Origin: Methanobacteriota archaeon
Lineage (GTDB): Archaea; Thermoplasmatota; Thermoplasmata; Methanomassiliicoccales; UBA472
DNA length: 64,000 bases
Reading direction: 5' to 3'
Assembly (NCBI GenBank): GCA_012729095.1
Contig: JAAYDU010000008.1
Span: 12,252-76,251 of the forward strand
Each line of letters begins with the position of its first letter. Position 1 is the stretch's first letter. This document shows, in pieces, positions 9,655-17,610 of this stretch. The notes under the pieces were generated by a model that was not told where the DNA came from, did no database searches, and worked only from the letters and a program-made list of their open reading frames with translations. The translations under genes and the position numbers were made by a program.

Positions 9655-9750
9655 GCTGGACCAGCCGGTTCCAGTGTCAAATGCCGTACGGTTGCAATCA
9701 CGCTAACCGGCCTTTCTGCTTAATATATGCAAATCGATAGCGGGCCGCTC

Positions 9751-10659
9751 ATGCCAGCCGTGCGCGCGGAGAAGCTGACCAAGGTGTTCGACGACCTGAG
9801 GGCAGTGGACGCTATCGATTTCGAGATCGGGGAGGGTGAGTGCTTCGGCTTCCTCGGCCCGAACGGAGCTGGAAAGAGCACGACCATGCGAATGATACAT
9901 TGCGCCAGCCCGATAACCTCCGGCGAGCTGGATGTCCTAGGTATGGCAGTCAACGGCAGATGCCGGGAGATAAAGGCGGCCATCGGCGTTGCCCCCCAGG
10001 AGAACAACCTGGACCCCGACTTCACCGTGCGCAGGAACCTCACCGTCTACGGACGCTACTTCGGGCTTCCCAAGGAAGTGCTGGAAGAGCGGGCGGACCG
10101 GCTGCTGGAGTTCATGCAGCTGACCGAGAAGCGGGACGAACGGATACAGGACATCTCCGGGGGAATGAAGCGCCGCCTGATAATCGCCAGAGCCATGATG
10201 AACGACCCTCGGCTCCTGATACTTGACGAGCCTACGACCGGACTTGACCCTCAGGCCAGGCACCTCATCTGGGAGAAGGTGCGCGAGCTGAAACGGAAGA
10301 AGGTGACCGTCGTTCTCACCACGCATTACATGGACGAGGCGGAGCGGCTGTGCGACCGTCTGGTCATCATGGACCACGGGAAGATCATACTGGAAGGGAG
10401 GCCGCGTGAGCTGATAGACCAGGTGATCGGCACGGATGTGATGGAGATCGACGAGCCCACGGACGAGATGGAAACTTACGTGAAAGTGAGGGGGTGGCAG
10501 TACGAACGGACCATCGACCGCATGCTCATCTACACTGAAGAAGGACAGAACGTCGCCGCCGAGCTCAAGGAGCGCTTCGCCATGAGCTACTACCTGATCA
10601 GGAACGCCACGCTGGAGGACGTGTTCCTTCGCACGACCGGGAGGGCGCTGGTGGAATGA
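9751..10659 (+). CDS. ABC transporter ATP-binding protein (DrrA/NodI-like, ABC-2 type exporter)
   Basis: Walker A GPNGAGKST, signature SGGMKRRL, Walker B LLILDEPT. Start placed at ATG 9751 (MPAVRAEKLTKVF) because TTAATATAT at 9720-9728 lies about 27 nt upstream (leaderless geometry). The track ORF starts at 9727. Confidence 0.85.
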   Translation: MPAVRAEKLTKVFDDLRAVDAIDFEIGEGECFGFLGPNGAGKSTTMRMIHCASPITSGELDVLGMAVNGRCREIKAAIGVAPQENNLDPDFTVRRNLTVYGRYFGLPKEVLEERADRLLEFMQLTEKRDERIQDISGGMKRRLIIARAMMNDPRLLILDEPTTGLDPQARHLIWEKVRELKRKKVTVVLTTHYMDEAERLCDRLVIMDHGKIILEGRPRELIDQVIGTDVMEIDEPTDEMETYVKVRGWQYERTIDRMLIYTEEGQNVAAELKERFAMSYYLIRNATLEDVFLRTTGRALVE

Positions 10660-11444
10660 GCCTGATCTCCAACATCTCCTGGCGCTCCATGGCCCTCTGG
10701 AAGCGCAACCGCGACGTGTTCCTGACGACGTGGAAGACCAACTTCCTTCCACCGTTCCTTGAGCCGATCCTTTACCTGGTGGCCATGGGCCTTGGTTTCG
10801 GCGCCCTCATAGAGGCGGATATCGAGTACGGCGGCAGGAGCCTGGAATACATCAAGTTCCTTGCCCCTGGCCTGGTGGCCATCAGCATAATGTACGGCGC
10901 GTTCTTCGAATGCACCTACTCGTCTTTCGTACGAATGTACTACCAGAAGACCTTCGACGCCATACTGGCAACCCCGCTGTCCCTGGAGGACATTATCGCT
11001 GGCGAGATACTTTGGGGGGCTACCAAGAGCTTCATAAACGCCACGATAGTGCTGGGCGTGATCGCCGCCTTCGGTTACGCGGAATTCCCGGGGCTTCTTC
11101 TGATCCCGTTGATCTCCTTCGTAGGCGGTCTGATGTTCGCCTCACTGGCCATGCTGTTCACTGCCCTGGTCCCGAACATGGACTCCTTCAACTACCCGTT
11201 CTTCCTGCTCATAACGCCGATGTTCCTCTTCAGCGGGACCTTCTTCCCCCTGAACGTGCTGCCGGAATGGGGTCAGCAACTGGCCATGACCCTGCCGCTC
11301 ACACACATATCCAACATGGCCAGGGACCTGTCCTACAACATGATGTCGGCCGAGCTGGCCATAGGCGCCGCCTATGTCATCGCTTTGACGGCGGTCTGCT
11401 TCCTCGCTTCCGCCTATCTCATGAAGAAGCGCTTGGTCAAATGA
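10656..11444 (+). CDS. ABC-2 type transporter permease
   Basis: 262-aa six-helix membrane protein. Its ATG overlaps the ATPase stop (ATGA), the typical DrrB/NodJ partner arrangement. Confidence 0.8.
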   Translation: MSLISNISWRSMALWKRNRDVFLTTWKTNFLPPFLEPILYLVAMGLGFGALIEADIEYGGRSLEYIKFLAPGLVAISIMYGAFFECTYSSFVRMYYQKTFDAILATPLSLEDIIAGEILWGATKSFINATIVLGVIAAFGYAEFPGLLLIPLISFVGGLMFASLAMLFTALVPNMDSFNYPFFLLITPMFLFSGTFFPLNVLPEWGQQLAMTLPLTHISNMARDLSYNMMSAELAIGAAYVIALTAVCFLASAYLMKKRLVK

Positions 11445-12000
11445 CGTGCACCTTGCCGTCCTTGACATCGACACTGACCAGGGTGCGCACCTTCTGTCCT
11501 ATGTCGCTCTCCAGCTCTTCCAGCCTGTCGGTCTTGTTCACCACCACTATGACGTCCCGCACGTCCACGCCCATGGCCTTGAGGGCTTTGACGATCGCGC
11601 GCAGCGTGCCGCCGGTGCTCACCACGTCGTCGAGCACGATCACCCGGTCTCCCTTCTTCAGACCGTTTATGAACAGCTCCTTCTCCGAATAGCCAGTGGT
11701 CTGGCGCACGCTCACCTCGTCCGGCAGGCCGTACCTCCTTTTTCTGACGACGTTGTAAGGTATGCCGGTCATCAACGACAGCGGCACTATCAACGGAATG
11801 GCCATGGCCTCCGCCCCCACCAGGTAGTCCACGTCCAGGTCCATGAGGTCGTATATGCGGTTAAGGACCTCGTCCAGGACCAAGGGGTCCATGGCCGGGA
11901 TGCCGTCCGTTATCGGATGCACGAAATACTGGTACTCGCCGAAATGCACGACGTCGCTGCGCTCCAGGCTCTCCTTCAGTCTCTCCAACATGCTGCTCAC
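11437..12000 (-). CDS. hpt: Archaeal-type hypoxanthine/guanine phosphoribosyltransferase
   Basis: 187 aa. GEYQYFVHPITDGIPAMDP N-terminal signature of the archaeal Hpt family, and a PRPP loop VIVLDDVVSTGGTL. Confidence 0.75.
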   Translation of the reverse strand: MSSMLERLKESLERSDVVHFGEYQYFVHPITDGIPAMDPLVLDEVLNRIYDLMDLDVDYLVGAEAMAIPLIVPLSLMTGIPYNVVRKRRYGLPDEVSVRQTTGYSEKELFINGLKKGDRVIVLDDVVSTGGTLRAIVKALKAMGVDVRDVIVVVNKTDRLEELESDIGQKVRTLVSVDVKDGKVHVI

Positions 12001-12081
12001 GATGGATATCCCCCAGCTCGCACATTAATTGTGCGATTTCCGGAGCAGTCATTATATCCCCGATGCTGGGATTCGACCGGC

Positions 12082-12384
12082 ATGAAGGTTCTGGTCGGCA
12101 AGGACGCGGAAATAAAGGAAGGAAGGCTGAAGGGGATCACGGCCGACGGGCGGAAGTTCATCGTCGGACGATACAAGGGGGAATTGTTCGGCATGGACGG
12201 CAAGTGCTCGCACGCCGGGTTCGACCTCCTCTACGGGACGATAAGGGACGGAAGGGTGGTGTGCCCGGCCCACGGCGCCGAGTTCTGCATCAAGGATGGG
12301 GCCAAGGTCGCGCACGCCGGGGCCAAGGACCTTCGCGTCTACATCGTCTCCGTGGAAGGGGACGATGTGTACATCGAGATCTGA
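12082..12384 (+). CDS. Small Rieske [2Fe-2S] domain protein
   Basis: CSHAG (CxH) and CPAHG (CxxH) Rieske ligand boxes in a 100-aa ORF. Only the 3' third of track ORF 11446..12384 is credible, because the rest is antisense to hpt. Confidence 0.75.
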   Translation: MKVLVGKDAEIKEGRLKGITADGRKFIVGRYKGELFGMDGKCSHAGFDLLYGTIRDGRVVCPAHGAEFCIKDGAKVAHAGAKDLRVYIVSVEGDDVYIEI

Positions 12385-13080
12385 TCACTTGCGCGGGAGG
12401 GGCTCGTCGCCGTCGGCCTTCTGCCACTTGGCCCCCTTCTTCCTTATCTTGCCGGAGGCCGCCAGGTGGCGGATGGTGCGGCGCACGAGGTCCTCGGGCA
12501 CATCGATCTGGAACTGCTCCCTGAAGCCCTTCTGAATGCCCAGGACCGTTTGAGGCTGGTATAGCGTCTTCGGCAAGATCGTGCGAAGGTCCTCGTGAAG
12601 GTTCCAGGGGAATATGAACCATGTCCAGTCCTCCTCCGGGACCTCGATCTCGTAATAGTCCGGCTGTTTTTTGGAATGGGTGATGTGCAATAAGGTCGCG
12701 GTGCGAACCTCCTTTGGGTTCATCTTCTTCAGGTGCATCTCGGCCAGCATCAGGCTTTCCCCGGTGTCCGTGATATCGTCCACGATCAGCACCGACTCGC
12801 CCTCGATGCTGGCGTTGAGCTCCTGCGTCAGAAGCGCCTTCCCGTCGGTGTTGGCTGTGACGCCCCAATGCTCGGTCTTGACCGCGTAAAGCCGCTTGAC
12901 CTGCAGATGGTCGCAGATGACGCGCGCGGGCACCCAGCCCCCGCGGGTGAGGCCGATGACCACCGTGGGTCGGAAGCCGTTGTCGGCGATGTCGTAAGCT
13001 ACCGCCTCGGTCCATCTCGCGATCTCGTCCCATGTCAGTATCCGGCACTTGAAGCTCTCTACCTTCTCCGTAGGTTCCAC
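12385..13080 (-). CDS. Phosphoribosyltransferase family protein (purine PRT-like) with a basic C-terminal extension
   Basis: PRPP-binding loop VLIVDDITDTGESL, and TRGGWVPARV upstream of it. 231 aa. Confidence 0.7.
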   Translation of the reverse strand: MEPTEKVESFKCRILTWDEIARWTEAVAYDIADNGFRPTVVIGLTRGGWVPARVICDHLQVKRLYAVKTEHWGVTANTDGKALLTQELNASIEGESVLIVDDITDTGESLMLAEMHLKKMNPKEVRTATLLHITHSKKQPDYYEIEVPEEDWTWFIFPWNLHEDLRTILPKTLYQPQTVLGIQKGFREQFQIDVPEDLVRRTIRHLAASGKIRKKGAKWQKADGDEPLPRK

Positions 13081-13126
13081 CCCGTTGTTGGCACGGACCG
13101 TGATGCGAGGAAATAACGTTTGCCGT

Positions 13127-14752
13127 TTACAGCATGGGCGGAACGACCTCCATGCGCCTGGTGTCGAACAGGCCCCGGTCCCCTATCTTGAGCTCCGGAA
13201 CGACCAGCAGGGATTGGAAGGACAGGGTCATGAAGGGCGCGGGCAGTCGGCAGCCCATGTCTGCCAGGGCTACCAGGAGATCGCTCTCCATTTTCGCCAC
13301 CGCGGCCGCCGGGGAGATGCTCATTAGACCGGCCACCTCCAGCGGCAACGATGATACCTTTCCCCCATCGCACACCGCGAACCCTCCGGAGCGGGACACT
13401 GCGTTCAGGGCTGCGGCCATGTCCTCGGGGGAGGCCCCCACGGCCAGGAGGTGATGGGAATCATGAGCCACGCTGGTTGCCAAGGCCCCGCGCTTGAGCC
13501 CGAACCCCTTGATGAAGCCGAGCACTGGAACCTCGTTCGCGTAACGGTTGGCAAGGGCCAGGTGCAGGATGTCCTGCTCTGGCATGGCCCTGATGAAACC
13601 GTCACTCACTGGCAGGTCGGTGATCAGACCTTCGCTCTCTATGCGGTCCGGGAAGACCCCTATCACCCTGACAGATACCTTCTCCCCTTCCGCCGGTAGC
13701 AGCATATCCCTGCCGGACAGGTCCCTGGGCACTATGCCCAGACCGTCCGTCTTGGGCTCGGCCTGGAAAAGCGGTCGCCCGTTCTCGGCCACCTTTTCCC
13801 CGGCGATGTAGACCTCCAGGACGTTGAATTCTTTCAGGTCGTCCACCACTACCAGGTCGGCGGTGCGCCCCGTAACCACGCTCCCTCCTGGCAGGCCGTA
13901 ATGCCAGGCGGGCCAGGCTGTGACGGCGCGGATGGCGTGCATGGGCGCCATCCCCAAGGCCACGGCCTTCCTGAGAAGAACGTCCAGGTGACCGTTGACC
14001 AGATCCCTGGCGCGGAGGTCGTCGGAGACCAGCATGCACTCGTGCGCCTTGGCGAAGGGCATCAGGGCGCGCAGGTCCTGGGAAGCGCTTCCCTCCCTGA
14101 CCTGTATCCACATCCCAAGGAAGTACTTCTCCTCCGCTTCGTCCGATGTCAAGCTCTCGTGGTCGGTCCTCATCCCGGCGTTAATGTATTTCACCAGGTC
14201 ATTGCCGACCAGGCCGGGGCAATGCCCGTCTATGCCCTTCCAGAACACCTTGGCCGCCTTGATCTTGGAAATTATGCGAGGATCGTCGTTGAGCACCCCC
14301 TGCACGTCCATGACCTCTCCGAGGCCAACGAAGCGAGGGTCCTTGAGCATGGACTCGATCTCGGCCACCCCTATGGTCGCCCCCGACCTCTCGTAAGGGG
14401 TGGCTGGAACGCAGGAGGGGGCTGTGAGGTATATTCGAAGCGGGACATTGGAGGCGTCTTTCAGCATGAGATCTATGCCGCTCATGCCTAGTACGTTGGC
14501 TATCTCGTGGGGATCGGACACCACGGCCGTGGTGCCGTGCGGAACCGCCGCCTCAGCGAAGCGAGAGGGGCAGAGCTGTGATGATTCGATATGAATGTGC
14601 GAATCGATGAACCCGGGCAGCAGGTATCTCATCGGGGCTTCCTCCAGAGTAACGATATCCGTGAACTTCCCACCCTCCATCATCACCCGGCTGGGGACCG
14701 TCTTCCCGTTCACGACGTCCACCAGCTGCCCCTCGACGACCGTTCGGCTCAT
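13127..14752 (-). CDS. ade: Adenine deaminase
   Basis: 541 aa. Amidohydrolase metal site PGFIDSHIHIESS, then TTAVVSDPHEIANV and the remaining adenine deaminase family pattern. Confidence 0.85.
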   Translation of the reverse strand: MSRTVVEGQLVDVVNGKTVPSRVMMEGGKFTDIVTLEEAPMRYLLPGFIDSHIHIESSQLCPSRFAEAAVPHGTTAVVSDPHEIANVLGMSGIDLMLKDASNVPLRIYLTAPSCVPATPYERSGATIGVAEIESMLKDPRFVGLGEVMDVQGVLNDDPRIISKIKAAKVFWKGIDGHCPGLVGNDLVKYINAGMRTDHESLTSDEAEEKYFLGMWIQVREGSASQDLRALMPFAKAHECMLVSDDLRARDLVNGHLDVLLRKAVALGMAPMHAIRAVTAWPAWHYGLPGGSVVTGRTADLVVVDDLKEFNVLEVYIAGEKVAENGRPLFQAEPKTDGLGIVPRDLSGRDMLLPAEGEKVSVRVIGVFPDRIESEGLITDLPVSDGFIRAMPEQDILHLALANRYANEVPVLGFIKGFGLKRGALATSVAHDSHHLLAVGASPEDMAAALNAVSRSGGFAVCDGGKVSSLPLEVAGLMSISPAAAVAKMESDLLVALADMGCRLPAPFMTLSFQSLLVVPELKIGDRGLFDTRRMEVVPPML

Positions 14753-14812
14753 GGACCCGATTCAGCGCTGGAAATGCAAAAACCTTTTGACCGTTCCTTC
14801 CGATGATCGAGC

Positions 14813-15082
14813 ATGACCTATCCCCGAGAGGCTTTAAACCGGATCAGGTGGGCGAAAGGCGGGCTGGAGGGGGCGATGGTGACCTACGTCCATCGCGGGG
14901 CGCCGGGCGATGTCAAGTCGGTTAGGGGCGATGATATAACGGGACTGGAAAGGTCATTCTTCACCGTGGGGAGGGGAAAGATACCCTATCACAGGGTGAT
15001 AAGGATAGAAATGGATGGGGAGGTCGTTTACCTGGCGCGACCTAATGCCGGGGCTCGTTGCAGTTCGGGCAGTTGTGCATGA
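14813..15082 (+). CDS. DUF504/UPF0248 (MJ1316-type RNA 2',3'-cyclic-phosphate end recognition domain) protein
   Basis: 89 aa. ALNRIRW.., then IPYHRVIRIEMDGEVVYLAR matches the remembered IPxHRI..g.vvw.R family pattern. Its 3' end overlaps the convergent gene. Confidence 0.55.
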   Translation: MTYPREALNRIRWAKGGLEGAMVTYVHRGAPGDVKSVRGDDITGLERSFFTVGRGKIPYHRVIRIEMDGEVVYLARPNAGARCSSGSCA

Positions 15083-15656
15083 AGGCCGGGTAGTTCACCC
15101 CGCACTTGCGGCATTTGGTCATGTCCACCTTCTTTTCCTTGTGCTCTCCATGGGCTTGCCCGGCCGGAGGGACAGGTTGTTCAGGGGCAGGCCGTGCCGG
15201 AGCTGACTGGGAAGCAGGCGCCTGCTGCGCGGGGAGCTCCTGCCCTGCCTGACACTGCTGGGCGTGGTACTGCTGGTACTGGGGTTGGAAGACCTCCTGC
15301 AGCTTGAGGAACCCGAAGAGCATCACCAGGCCGGGTATGATGTAGACCAAGAACCCTATGATGGTCCATATCAGAAGCGAATCGCTGGCCTTCTTGAAAT
15401 TACCCTGGTCCAGATTTGCGAAGACCTGGTCCTTCAGCATCAGGAGCAGAACCACGCCCAGTCCCGCGGCGATCAGGGAGTACACCCCTCCGCCAACGTT
15501 CCCGGAGAGTATGGAGATCACCCCGGCCAGCAAGGCTATGAGCGTGAATATCAGGTCGAACAGCTGCCCAATGTAGACGAGCTTGCGAGCCTCGGCCACG
15601 CTGGCCGGGAGCCATGACGGGCCGTTCTCAGGCACCAAGAAATCGTTGAGATCCAT
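15042..15656 (-). CDS. Membrane protein with a Q/P-rich linker and C-terminal zinc ribbon
   Basis: Four hydrophobic helices, then CRKCGVNYPAFMHNCPNC. Start moved to ATG 15656 (MDLNDFLVPENG), because the upstream part of track ORF 15042..15914 overlaps the divergent gene and is not protein-like. Confidence 0.6.
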   Translation of the reverse strand: MDLNDFLVPENGPSWLPASVAEARKLVYIGQLFDLIFTLIALLAGVISILSGNVGGGVYSLIAAGLGVVLLLMLKDQVFANLDQGNFKKASDSLLIWTIIGFLVYIIPGLVMLFGFLKLQEVFQPQYQQYHAQQCQAGQELPAQQAPASQSAPARPAPEQPVPPAGQAHGEHKEKKVDMTKCRKCGVNYPAFMHNCPNCNEPRH

Positions 15657-15813
15657 TACAATCCTCCAGAGGGGTCCACCCCACCGGATTTTATACATGG
15701 GATTCGCGAATTTCAATCTATCGAACCATCTCGAACGAGGGAGCCATGGCCCGGCCAACTCACAATCATTAAATACGATCCTCCATCTACGAAAGCCGTC
15801 AAGGTTGAAATGG

Positions 15814-16581
15814 ATGAAGAATGAGGATTTCAAATACCTGTACGACCGATTGAAGGAACCCTCTGATATCGATGCTCTGTCCAAGGAACTGAGCCTGGAC
15901 CGCGAGCTTCTCACCGTTATCTACACCCAGAGGACGGTCCGCGAGACCACCAAGAAGTATTACAAGGTGCAGCGGAACGGTCAGAGGATGGTCAGATCAT
16001 GGCAGAACGGGGAGACCATACTGGAGATATCCAGGCGTCTGGAGTTCCCGCCGATACTGACCGGGCTTATGATCTTTCAGGAGTCCGGGCGGTCAAAGAA
16101 GCAGTTCTGGGCCATAGTGCGCAACCCGGAGGCCATTCAAGACCATGACCTGCGAAGGCAGATAGAGGAGATAAACGCCGCCGACATCATCTACTCTCCG
16201 GAAGGCTCGGAGAAGCAGACCCTGCGGGGCAAGTGGGGCGAGAAGAACCTGCAGGACTGGCTGGACAGCCAGGGGATAACCTATCGCACCGAGGACGATC
16301 TGAGAGGCAAGTTCACCAAGACCCCCGACGCCTTGCTGGACCAACCCATAGTTGTCAACGGCTGGAAGGTCAACTGGATCGAGTCCAAGGCCACCTTTGG
16401 GGACCGGGTCGAGGTGAACAAGAACACGCGCAAGCAGCTCTCCCCCTACGTCGATCTGTTCGGCCATGGCCTGGTGGTCTACTGGTTCGGGTTCGTGGAC
16501 GAGATAACCATGGAGGACGGCATCTTCATAACCGATTCATCCCTGAGCGGCCTGAACTGTCGGCCTGCGGACCGAGCCTAG
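15814..16581 (+). CDS. TPD-motif PD-(D/E)xK nuclease-fold protein (CDIN1/C15orf41-like) with an N-terminal HTH-like region
   Basis: C-terminal KTPDALLDQPIVVNGWKVNWIESKATFGD..YVDLFGHGLVVYWFGF matches the TPD family pattern (D of TPD plus E-S-K as PD..ExK). Start placed at ATG 15814 (MKNEDFKY), because the track start 15583 lies inside the divergent gene. Confidence 0.65.
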   Translation: MKNEDFKYLYDRLKEPSDIDALSKELSLDRELLTVIYTQRTVRETTKKYYKVQRNGQRMVRSWQNGETILEISRRLEFPPILTGLMIFQESGRSKKQFWAIVRNPEAIQDHDLRRQIEEINAADIIYSPEGSEKQTLRGKWGEKNLQDWLDSQGITYRTEDDLRGKFTKTPDALLDQPIVVNGWKVNWIESKATFGDRVEVNKNTRKQLSPYVDLFGHGLVVYWFGFVDEITMEDGIFITDSSLSGLNCRPADRA

Positions 16582-16620
16582 GCTGCACACATTAAATATC
16601 TGTCACCTTTATTTTTGCTC

Positions 16621-17610
16621 ATGGATGAGACCGAGGTCATCTCCGCCAGCGATTTGGAGCGGTACGGGTATTGCCCGCTCAGCTGGTGGTTGGGACGGCG
16701 GTCCCGATCCAGCACCCCCGATCAGGAAAGGGGGGAACTGGTGCATCGCAGCAAGGCCGATGAGTACCGCCGCATACGCGGCATCGAGCAGAAGGCCTGG
16801 GACTGGGAGCGCATGGTATTCCTCTTTTCCTTGGTGGCCACCGTGCTGGCGCTTACCGGAATATCCCTGATGCGCGCCTCCAGCGGAGCGAACCTCGATT
16901 GGATACTGCCCCTGCTCAGCATCATCTGGTTCGTGGCGGTCATCGCCATGCTCTATCTCTCGGCGCAGATGGGGCAGGCCATCATCCGGGTGAGACGGCT
17001 GCAGATACTGGCCATCATTGGCCTGGTGCTTATGGTGGTGGCCATGAACATCGGCGGCCTGTTCCATGCCGATCCCCGGATCTCCATGATACTTGAGGTA
17101 CTGGCCCTGGTTTGGATGATGGCCGCCTCATTGGCATTGTACCTTTCGCTCTCGGCATCCCAGGAAGCGGGGAGGAAGAAGGATGAAGAGGGCCTGGAGG
17201 GGGAAATCCGCTACGTGGGGACTGATAGCTCGCCTTTGTTCTTTTCGGAGAGGTACGGCCTGAGCGGCAGGCCGGACTTCGTGCTGGAGATAGACGGGCA
17301 GCTCATCCCGGGGGACCTGAAGACCGGGCGAACGCCGAGGGGGCCCCTGTTCTCGCACATCATGCAGGTGGCGGCCTATTGCCTGCTCATCGCCGAGACA
17401 TCGGGAAAGCGCCCTCCGTACGGGCTTCTTCGCTACGGTGACGAGGAGCACGAGATCGAGTTCGACCCGGAGCTGGAGAAGCTGCTCCTGGGAAAGCTGG
17501 AAGAGATGCGTGGCCTCATGCGCAGTGGAGAGGTGCATCGCAACCACAACCGCCCGGGCAAGTGCGCCAAGTGCTCCCGCCGGGACTCGTGCCCGGAGAG
17601 GCTGGTGTGA
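16621..17610 (+). CDS. Cas4/RecB-family Fe-S nuclease interrupted by a four-transmembrane-helix insert
   Basis: N-terminal ISASDLERYGYCPLSWWL and GELVH. Four hydrophobic segments at about 16813-17157 (MVFLFSLVATVLALTGISLM, LDWILPLLSIIWFVAVIAMLYL, LQILAIIGLVLMVVAMNIGGLF, ISMILEVLALVWMMAASLALYL). Then GRPDFVLEIDGQLIPGDLKTG (D .. DxK), MQVAAY (QxxxY) and C-terminal CAKCSRRDSC (CxxCx5C). TTAAATAT at 16592-16599 sits about 26 nt upstream of ATG 16621. Confidence 0.7.
   Translation: MDETEVISASDLERYGYCPLSWWLGRRSRSSTPDQERGELVHRSKADEYRRIRGIEQKAWDWERMVFLFSLVATVLALTGISLMRASSGANLDWILPLLSIIWFVAVIAMLYLSAQMGQAIIRVRRLQILAIIGLVLMVVAMNIGGLFHADPRISMILEVLALVWMMAASLALYLSLSASQEAGRKKDEEGLEGEIRYVGTDSSPLFFSERYGLSGRPDFVLEIDGQLIPGDLKTGRTPRGPLFSHIMQVAAYCLLIAETSGKRPPYGLLRYGDEEHEIEFDPELEKLLLGKLEEMRGLMRSGEVHRNHNRPGKCAKCSRRDSCPERLV

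Noticed and set aside
11446-12081. 5' two-thirds of the 312-aa ORF 11446..12384.
   Set aside because: It is antisense to the well-supported hpt gene and has His/Val/Gln-rich composition. Only the terminal 100 codons (Rieske motifs) are credible.
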